NCBI GenBank assembly: GCA_038845975.1
Contig: JAWBQF010000029.1
Coordinates: 1-35,889 of the forward strand
Reading direction: 5' to 3'
From: Candidatus Methanomethylicia archaeon
Lineage (GTDB): Archaea; Thermoproteota; Methanomethylicia; CALHIW01
DNA: 35,889 nt
The notes under the pieces: generated by a model
What the model was told of the DNA's origin: nothing
Seen by the model: the letters and a program-made list of their open reading frames with translations, nothing else
Databases searched by the model: none
Translations under genes and position numbers: made by a program
Part shown: one piece after another, positions 29,301 to 35,889 of the stretch
Layout of the letters: each line of letters starts with the position of its first letter
Position numbering within the stretch: position 1 is the stretch's first letter

Positions 29301-29331
29301 TATTGAATGGAAAATAATTAATACATATAGT
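29301..29331 (+). repeat. 31-bp direct repeat, second copy at 29590-29620
   Basis: tattgaatggaaaataattaatacatatagt vs tattgaataagaaatgattaatacacatagt (26/31, all differences are transitions). Confidence 0.75.
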
Positions 29332-29533
29332 AAATGTAGAAACAATTAGAACACTTAATGGGATAATGAGCACTACATAACATATTACAACTGAATAAGC
29401 ATATCACTAAATGGTAAATGCTATATAGAAATGGAAAATTAAAGATGAATAGGATGATGTAAGAAATAACTACATTAGAGCTAGCAAACGAATTGATTAT
29501 GAATAACTCTACTGAATATATTCGATGGCTTTA

Positions 29534-29593
29534 TTTAATAAATGTTTGATATAGGTATTCAGCTATGTGCGGTATGAAGGGGTTAGAGCTATT
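29534..29593 (+). repeat. 60-bp copy of an internal ileS segment (25240-25300), antisense to ileS when read on +
   Basis: tttaataaatg(t/c)ttgatataggtattcagctat(g/a)tgcggtatgaagggg..ta(g/a)agctatt; about 4 substitutions and 1 indel. Confidence 0.95.
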
Positions 29594-29627
29594 GAATAAG
29601 AAATGATTAATACACATAGTGTATTGT

Positions 29628-29707
29628 GTATTGTAGATGTAAATTCAATTCTACTCCTGTATATGGAATATGTATTGCAGCACCTGTAAGCCCCGCTTCT
29701 TTAAGTA
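29628..29707 (+). repeat. Inverted copy of internal tctC segments, antisense to tctC when read on +
   Basis: 29654-29707 is the exact 54-bp reverse complement of 30484-30537. 29628-29650 matches rc of 30572-30594 at 20/23. Confidence 0.97.
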
Positions 29708-29708
29708 T

Positions 29709-29742
29709 GTATAGTAGTAAGTTGATGAAACTACCACTATAC
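29709..29742 (+). other. Imperfect stem-loop directly 3' of the tctC-derived copy
   Basis: gtatagtagtaagtt-gatga-aactaccactatac: 13 pairs, 1 mismatch, 1 bulge. Confidence 0.6.
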
Positions 29743-29840
29743 TCATTAAATCGAGAAATCCTAAGTAAGTTTAAGTTGCTAGGTTAAACACTAGAACGCT
29801 AGATTTATAAGAGAGTTATAAGAGTTACTTACGAGTACTT

Positions 29841-31079
29841 ATGTACTCACGTGCAGTATCTAAAACTATAGCTATAATAATTGCTGTTATTGTTGTTATA
29901 GCTATAATTGCGGCTGCAGCAATGGTTATGACTCCTCCTACGCCATCTCCAACATCCCCCTCCCCTAAACCAACTCCAACCACCCCCACAACACCAACCA
30001 CACCTCCTACTCCAACCCCTACAACTCCAACCACACCTACAACTCCTACTGTAATAGCGTGGCCAATTAAAGCTATTACTTTACATTGTGGATGGGCTGC
30101 TGGTGGAGCTTCTGACTTTGTGTGTAGAGCTTTAGCTTTAGAAATGAGTGAATATTTTAAACAGCCTATCAATGTGATTAATACTGTTGGAGCTTCAGGA
30201 GCTGTTGGAGCTGTAGAAACTATTAAGGCTCCAGCTGATGGATATACATGGTTTGGTGGAGCAAGTGTCCATGGTACATGGCCTGTACTTGGATATGCAA
30301 ATATAAGTTGGACTGATTTCTATGCATTCTTAGCTATATCAGAGCCTACAGCAATTTATGTTAATTGGGATGCGCCTTGGAAGGATTTAATAGACTTGCT
30401 TAATGCAATAAAAGCAAATCCAGGTAAGTTTAGGTATGGTACTCCAGGTGCTGGAAGTAATGGACATATATTTGCAGAATTAGTACTTAAAGAAGCGGGG
30501 CTTACAGGTGCTGCAATACATATTCCATATACAGGAGGTAGAGAGGCTGGAGCTAAATTGCTCGCAGGAGAAATTGAATTTGCATCCACAACACTTGGTG
30601 ATTTATCAGATTACGCCATAGCTGGGAAAATGAGAGTTCTCGCGATTCTTTCTAGAAAAGATTTAGAGATAAAGGGATATCCTCTAGGCATAGCACCATC
30701 CGTATTGAAATATTTTCCAAATTTAGAAGCTTGGATTCCTATAAATCCAAGTTTTGGAATTTATATTCCTAGAACAGTACCAAAAGAGATTCTATTAAGG
30801 ATTTTTGAAGCATTTAAGTATGCAATTAATCAGGAACGATTCAGAAAATCCCTGGAAGAAAGAAACATGATGCTAGAGCTGCATGTAGGTATTGACTCGG
30901 ATCAAGTAATGTCAAAAGTTGAATCAGCCCGTTGCTGGGCTCTTTGGGAGCTTAAAATTGCAAAACGTAATCCTGCAGATTTTGGAATACCGAGACCGGA
31001 GGAATGGAAATGGCCTCCACATTCTAGAGCTGAGAAGACTCAGCTTTTATATCCTTGGCCTACTGAAATAAAATTGTAG
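29841..31079 (+). CDS. tctC: Tripartite tricarboxylate transporter substrate-binding protein with N-terminal membrane anchor and Pro/Thr linker
   Basis: WPIKAITL...WAAGGASD...R, VINTVGASGAVG, APADGYT, GAGSNGH and HIPYTGG are Bug/TctC motifs. TATA tttataa lies about 30 nt upstream. Confidence 0.92.
   Translation: MYSRAVSKTIAIIIAVIVVIAIIAAAAMVMTPPTPSPTSPSPKPTPTTPTTPTTPPTPTPTTPTTPTTPTVIAWPIKAITLHCGWAAGGASDFVCRALALEMSEYFKQPINVINTVGASGAVGAVETIKAPADGYTWFGGASVHGTWPVLGYANISWTDFYAFLAISEPTAIYVNWDAPWKDLIDLLNAIKANPGKFRYGTPGAGSNGHIFAELVLKEAGLTGAAIHIPYTGGREAGAKLLAGEIEFASTTLGDLSDYAIAGKMRVLAILSRKDLEIKGYPLGIAPSVLKYFPNLEAWIPINPSFGIYIPRTVPKEILLRIFEAFKYAINQERFRKSLEERNMMLELHVGIDSDQVMSKVESARCWALWELKIAKRNPADFGIPRPEEWKWPPHSRAEKTQLLYPWPTEIKL
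29931..30050 (+). repeat. Low-complexity Pro/Thr (PTT/PT) linker inside tctC
   Basis: Encodes TPPTPSPTSPSPKPTPTTPTTPTTPPTPTPTTPTTPTTPT. Confidence 0.85.
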
Positions 31080-31087
31080 GTGAAGAA

Positions 31088-31558
31088 ATGTTAAGACTCA
31101 TAAATACTTTCCCCTCCATTTTTTTAATGATTTTCAGCATCTTTATTCTTAAAGAATCTATCGATATGCCGAAACCAATAATAGGATTAGTTGGAGTATT
31201 TGTATCTCCAGGATTCTTTCCGGTTTTACTATCTATTAGTTTACTCTTATTAAGTGTAAGACTTTTTTTAAGAGAACTAAAGTTAAGTAATCCTAAAGGT
31301 TTAAACATGAAAAGTATTTTAAAAAGTATAGAGTTGAAAAGATGGATGATTTTAGCTTTAGCTACAGCTCTCTATATATATCTTTTTGATAAATTTTATT
31401 TTTCCATATTAACCTTCATTTATCTTATTTTCCTATTTCTTTTTCTAAAAACTGAATCATTAAGTATTTTAAAGATAATAATATCTGCACTTATAGCAAC
31501 ATTCGTAATTAGCTACATTATACCATTAGTATTTGAAATGCCCTTACCATTTGGCTGA
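31088..31558 (+). CDS. tctB: Tripartite tricarboxylate transporter small membrane subunit
   Basis: Multi-TM, SPGFFP and C-terminal F.MPLP.G; lies between tctC and tctA. Confidence 0.85.
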   Translation: MLRLINTFPSIFLMIFSIFILKESIDMPKPIIGLVGVFVSPGFFPVLLSISLLLLSVRLFLRELKLSNPKGLNMKSILKSIELKRWMILALATALYIYLFDKFYFSILTFIYLIFLFLFLKTESLSILKIIISALIATFVISYIIPLVFEMPLPFG

Positions 31559-31562
31559 TAAC

Positions 31563-33056
31563 ATGATGGAAGAATTAATTACTCAATGGTATTATTTTTT
31601 TAGTGAAATTGTAAGATTGATTTTATCCCCATCCATTATAGGTGGAATGCTTGCTGGAGCTCTTATAGGATATACTGTTGGTATACTACCTGGATTAACG
31701 GCGGTTATGGGTATGTCGCTATTGTTAGGTTTCTGTTTTAAATTACCCTATGATGTTGGTTTCGCCTTACTAATAGGTATATATACTGGTGCAATGCATA
31801 CCGGCGGTATAACTTCAATATTGATAAATATACCGGGAACACCTGCGGCAGCCGCTACAACGTTGGATGGTTTTCCATTAGCTAAGAAAGGTAAAGCTAG
31901 AGAGGCGGTAGGTGCAGTTATTATGGCTTCTGCGGTTGGAGAGATATTAAGTGTATTTATTTTATTAGTTGCATTACCATTATTTGCAATGGTTGCGCTT
32001 AAATTTGGAGATTGGGAGATTTTTCTATTTTGCGTTATGGGGATACTTGTAGTAGGTGCTTTATCGGGAAGAGATCCAGTAAAGGGCTGGATTGCTGGTG
32101 TATTAGGTTTATTTATTGCTACTATTGGTTTAGAGAATATATATGCTTATTCAAGATTTACATTTGGAATACTTGAATTAGAGAAAGGTATAGGTTTTGT
32201 TCCAGCTCTCATAGGGCTTTTCGGACTTACAGAAATATTCATGGTTTTAAAGGAGAGAATACCATATAAAATTATTGGTGAGAGAGGTTTTGCTCGTATA
32301 GACTTATCTATAGTTAAAAAGTATTTTGTAACGATCTTAAGGTCAACTTTAATTGGATTATGGATAGGCTTTATTCCAGGTGTAGGTGAATCCGTATCTC
32401 CCTGGATTGCATATGACATGGCGAAACGTTCCTCTAAGAATAGGGAAGAGTTTGGAAAGGGGTGTATAGAGGGGGTAGTAGCAGCAGAGGTAGCTGATAA
32501 TACAACTTTAGCAGGAGCACTTATCCCAACACTTATATTCGGAGTTCCAGGTAGTGGGCCGACTGCTGTTATTCTAGCAGCACTTTTTATCTATGGAATA
32601 AGACCTGGGCCATTACTACTTATTGAGAAGCCAACATTCCTAGCAACTATTGCTGCATTAATTTTCCTATCAAGCATTGTATGTTTTATTGTGGCAAGTC
32701 TTCTCTCGAGATATGCAATTACTATTCTTACTTTACCAAGGGAGATAATTCTCCCTATAGCTGCTGCATTATGTGTACTTGGAACTTGGGGTTCCCAATT
32801 TACAGTATTTGATATATGGATTATGTTTATCTTTGGAATTATAGGTTGCTTAATGAGGATAGGTGGTTTTCCAATTCCACCAATGGTTTTAGGCATATTA
32901 ATAGGGGGAATAACAGATTTACATTTAAGAAGAGCATTAGTTCAACATTCAACAGACCTATTTGGACTTATTACCCGTCCAGCAGGACTAGCCATAATAG
33001 TTCTGCTTCTTCTTATGCTATATTATGGTAGAAAAGTAGGTAGGGGAAAAGACTAA
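31563..33056 (+). CDS. tctA: Tripartite tricarboxylate transporter large permease
   Basis: VGILPGL, SILINIPGTP, TLDGFPLAKKG, IGFIPGVG, EGVVAAE and PTLIFGVPGS motifs. Start is likely ATG 31563 or 31566 (track 31533). Confidence 0.95.
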   Translation: MMEELITQWYYFFSEIVRLILSPSIIGGMLAGALIGYTVGILPGLTAVMGMSLLLGFCFKLPYDVGFALLIGIYTGAMHTGGITSILINIPGTPAAAATTLDGFPLAKKGKAREAVGAVIMASAVGEILSVFILLVALPLFAMVALKFGDWEIFLFCVMGILVVGALSGRDPVKGWIAGVLGLFIATIGLENIYAYSRFTFGILELEKGIGFVPALIGLFGLTEIFMVLKERIPYKIIGERGFARIDLSIVKKYFVTILRSTLIGLWIGFIPGVGESVSPWIAYDMAKRSSKNREEFGKGCIEGVVAAEVADNTTLAGALIPTLIFGVPGSGPTAVILAALFIYGIRPGPLLLIEKPTFLATIAALIFLSSIVCFIVASLLSRYAITILTLPREIILPIAAALCVLGTWGSQFTVFDIWIMFIFGIIGCLMRIGGFPIPPMVLGILIGGITDLHLRRALVQHSTDLFGLITRPAGLAIIVLLLLMLYYGRKVGRGKD

Positions 33057-33429
33057 TGCTCAATGATGTTATAGATTACTAGACATCATCAACATCTACT
33101 CTCAGCAATACTTTATTGTTTAACGCTTAGCATATACTATATAAGCCTAATTAACTCCACTTAAAGCTGTAGCTCTTCACAAACTCCTTGAATTTGCATT
33201 AATTTCTTTAGACTTACTAATTAACCTCATAAGCTCATGTAATACTCTAGCAACTTCTTAACTATCAGATTATCAATGTTCAAGTTTAAGATTTATGGAT
33301 TTTACCCTCTTAAAACCTAAACTAGGCCTTAAACCATATAAGCATGTTAAGCAGCGAAGCTTATATAACTTCTAAACTGTTACATTCAAATAGCGATAGT
33401 GTTATATATCTGTTTCTAAATAGATTTTT

Positions 33430-33717
33430 ATGGGTAAAAAGGAGGAGTTTCTAAGAGAGATTCCTAAGGAGGCTGCTGATCTATTAAGTATTGTCTATAG
33501 TGAAGTTGACAAGGGGTGGAAGCTTACACCACGAAGATATCTAGGTAAACAGTTTACAGTAATTCTAAATGCTGTTAAGAAATTTGGAGGGAGAAGTATA
33601 GGGCAGGGAAGAGAGCTTTACTTTGTAATACCTGATGAAAAGCCTACTAGACGTTCTGCAAGGGATATTATTCAGGATATTAGAAAGCTTATTGATGAAC
33701 TTGAGTCACAGCTTTAA
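33430..33717 (+). CDS. Hypothetical protein (95 aa)
   Basis: Natural-looking charged composition, TATA-like ttatata about 28 nt upstream, C-terminal amphipathic helix; convergent 12-nt overlap with the MBL gene. Confidence 0.75.
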   Translation: MGKKEEFLREIPKEAADLLSIVYSEVDKGWKLTPRRYLGKQFTVILNAVKKFGGRSIGQGRELYFVIPDEKPTRRSARDIIQDIRKLIDELESQL

Positions 33718-34641
33718 ATTCCTCCATTTTAAGAGTTCATCAGGATATCTCTTGAAGTAATCTATGAAACCTTGAATACATCTTGGAATCTCTTCAATTA
33801 TTAGGCTTCCCTTAAGATACTGATCCATAATTCTCATATCCTCATCAACTTCAATTATTCTACTATATATTTCATCTATAGATAAATTTCTCTCTAATCC
33901 CTTAGCTGTAATTACCCCCCACTTTATAAGCTGCTCCCTATGTCTCTTCAGCTTCTCTACAGCCTTATCTGCAGGACCGAAATGCGAGTAGAATAGCTTA
34001 CTGGGATTTAGAGATATTAGCTTATCAAGTGTTTCAATAGCTTTCCTAAGATGAAATATTGGAGGTGTAGTTGGCCTAATAGCATTAAGCTTCTCAACAT
34101 AGGTTCCGGCAGCATCACCTGTAAACAATCCATTCTCCTCAATATAGTGGAGGCATAACTCATGTGATGCATGTCCTACAGCATCAATAACTCTTAATGT
34201 TAACCCATCAAGACTAATCGTTAATCCATCAATACCCTCAATAATTCTATCTCTAGGTATAGGTTCAACCTCACCAAACATTTCAGCAATAGCGCCAAGA
34301 ACCTTTAAGCTGCTTTCCCAAAGCTTAAATGTATCAACCATATACTGTACAGCTTTAGGATGCATGATAACCTTAGCGTTAGGTAAATACTTAAGTAGGG
34401 TTCCACATCCACCAGCATGATCAACATGTATATGTGTTAAAAATACGTATTTCACCTTATCTAAAGGTATAGAGGCTGCATTAAGTCCTTGAATAAGATA
34501 TTTAATAGATGATTTAGGACCTGTTTCAACCAGTACATATCCATCACCGCCCTTAATAACGTACACAGAGAGGAAGCTCTCACAACCAAGAGGCTTCACA
34601 TCAATAAAGTAGAAGCCATCTCTAACCCTATAAATACACAT
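33706..34641 (-). CDS. MBL-fold metallo-hydrolase
   Basis: THIHVDHAGG, GHASHE, FTGDAAG and SHFG motifs. ATG 34641 follows an SD-like ggtgag (track start 34671). Confidence 0.93.
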   Translation of the reverse strand: MCIYRVRDGFYFIDVKPLGCESFLSVYVIKGGDGYVLVETGPKSSIKYLIQGLNAASIPLDKVKYVFLTHIHVDHAGGCGTLLKYLPNAKVIMHPKAVQYMVDTFKLWESSLKVLGAIAEMFGEVEPIPRDRIIEGIDGLTISLDGLTLRVIDAVGHASHELCLHYIEENGLFTGDAAGTYVEKLNAIRPTTPPIFHLRKAIETLDKLISLNPSKLFYSHFGPADKAVEKLKRHREQLIKWGVITAKGLERNLSIDEIYSRIIEVDEDMRIMDQYLKGSLIIEEIPRCIQGFIDYFKRYPDELLKWRNLKL

Positions 34642-35009
34642 ATAGCTCACCCTAAAACTCAACATCAACACTAATATAAAGCTTTATAAGTTTAATATAT
34701 AGCTGAAACTTAAATTTACAGAGACTGAAAGTAACAAGTATTGCTAACGATACAATTATACAGGGTAGGAATAGTAAAGATATGTATGTACATCCAATTA
34801 TTAAAAGAAGCAGTAATCGAAGTTGAAGTGGAAACATCTTATAGATAGGAAGTCTTCCTACATATGGAGATAGGGGTAACTGAGGAATAATAGTAGAACC
34901 GTAAGTATTGGTATTACATACTCAATTATTCCTCCATCTCCAATGGTATTTAAAATAAAAAGCAAGTTAAGAGAAATATATAATATATATCTTAAACGTG
35001 ATAGTGATT

Positions 35010-35402
35010 TCATTCTATGGACCTGGAGAGAGTAGAATGTTTTCTCCTCTCATAGATATATCTAACTAATCTTATACAGTAAAGGAGGGTGATAAGAGGA
35101 AATACGTTATTCATCCATGGTTCATACCCTATGATTAGGATACTAAGTAGAAAGAATGTAAGTAGGGAGATGATAACTGTTCCTATCATAGTAGGAATAC
35201 CTACAGGATGAAGTTTAAAGTAAGGATCCAGAAAGAAACCGAAAAGAATGATTGGGGAGAAAATTATCATGTACAATATCCATGACCAGATAGCCTCCTC
35301 TACATCCCACCTATAATAAAAGATGAAGAAAAGAAATGTGAGGAATATAAAAAGTAAGAAAGATATAATTCTCTTTCTGAGGATATATCTAAATCTACTC
35401 AT
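35010..35402 (-). CDS. 130-aa membrane protein (about 4 TM), candidate immunity protein
   Basis: Four hydrophobic segments. ATG 35402 overlaps (ATGA) the stop of the frameshift-corrected upstream Cys-rich gene. The immunity role is inference. Confidence 0.7.
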   Translation of the reverse strand: MSRFRYILRKRIISFLLFIFLTFLFFIFYYRWDVEEAIWSWILYMIIFSPIILFGFFLDPYFKLHPVGIPTMIGTVIISLLTFFLLSILIIGYEPWMNNVFPLITLLYCIRLVRYIYERRKHSTLSRSIE

Positions 35403-35889
35403 GGCCCCGGATACTGAACACATTGACTACCATGTTCATAACAATAATAGACTTCCAAACACCATGGACAAAACTATTGATACACATACAATACACTCCA
35501 CTAAATCCCCATAAACACATAAAATTGCACATGCTCCACAACATATTCCTAAACATGTATCATTTCCATTGCAGCAGTAGGTTGCACATGCATTAGGGGG
35601 ACCGCCACAATCCCAGTCATTATTGCACTCCTCTATACATGGTCCTTCACTATAATCTGGATTTATAGATTCTCCATTATTATTTGTTTTACCTATCCTT
35701 CCATTAATGCTTACTGCTTTCACAAAATACTTACTGGCTTTCTTACTGTAGGTTATGAGTATAGCTTCTGTTTTTAGCCATTCTATTGGTTTTTCAAGTT
35801 CGTAGTATATTATGGCTTCACTTCCATTTGTTAGCGTTCCTATCGCTAATAGTGTGTTTTCCTCATTACTGAATTCTATTATGTGCTTT
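35399..35889 (-). CDS. 5'-truncated protein with a Cys-rich C-terminal domain (halocin C8-like architecture), apparent 1-nt frameshift at 35470-35473
   Basis: The frame is open from the window edge (35888) to 35436. Removing one base of the A4 run extends it to ...CIVCVSIVCPWCLEVYYCYEHGSQCVQYPGP* at 35399. Confidence 0.7.

Noticed and set aside
29301-29707. CRISPR array with self-targeting spacers
   Set aside because: Only two diverged repeats 289 bp apart, no regular period, the gene-derived pieces overlap the repeat, and there are no cas genes in the window.
7272-32896. Antisense or overlapping ORFs in the track (7272, 8990, 9674, 11789, 13242, 13812, 15994, 19914, 20634, 23030, 26042, 27686, 29825, 30356, 31060, 32147, 32591; also 32816 and 35323)
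   Set aside because: They are shadows of well-supported genes with no motifs. 29825-30172 is the mirror of the Pro/Thr linker.
33170-33270. Possible further eroded copy of the IS5-like MITE (aaactccttgaat)
   Set aside because: Only a short match, with no convincing right TIR.

Overview
AT-rich archaeal DNA that looks like Thermoproteota/TACK: BRE-TATA promoters sit about 25-35 nt before start codons, and it carries NMD3, Dph2 and the archaeal AsnRS-like asparagine synthetase. Coding density is low, about 65% by my tally, and the spacers hold pseudogenes, an IS5-family transposase relic and several MITEs. Housekeeping genes are moeA-PBP, NMD3, an M24-fold protein, dph2, an amidohydrolase, an NAD kinase-family gene, asnA, ileS, tmk, a full tctCBA transporter and an MBL hydrolase. 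The main leads are: (1) an ArsR-less cluster (acr3, ArsP-type permease, thioredoxin, DsrEFH/TusBCD-like trio, Fe-S protein, Cys-tailed Lrp) whose three promoters share one palindrome at identical spacing from the TATA box; (2) a patchwork at 29534-29742 of short copies of ileS and tctC, both antisense on the + strand, joined at microhomologies and followed by a hairpin; (3) a frameshifted 17-Cys halocin-C8-like gene coupled to a small membrane protein; (4) inverted MITE copies with an identical 78-bp core bracketing a 3.9-kb segment. I found no rRNA, tRNA or CRISPR array. All assignments come from motif reading by eye, with no database searches.
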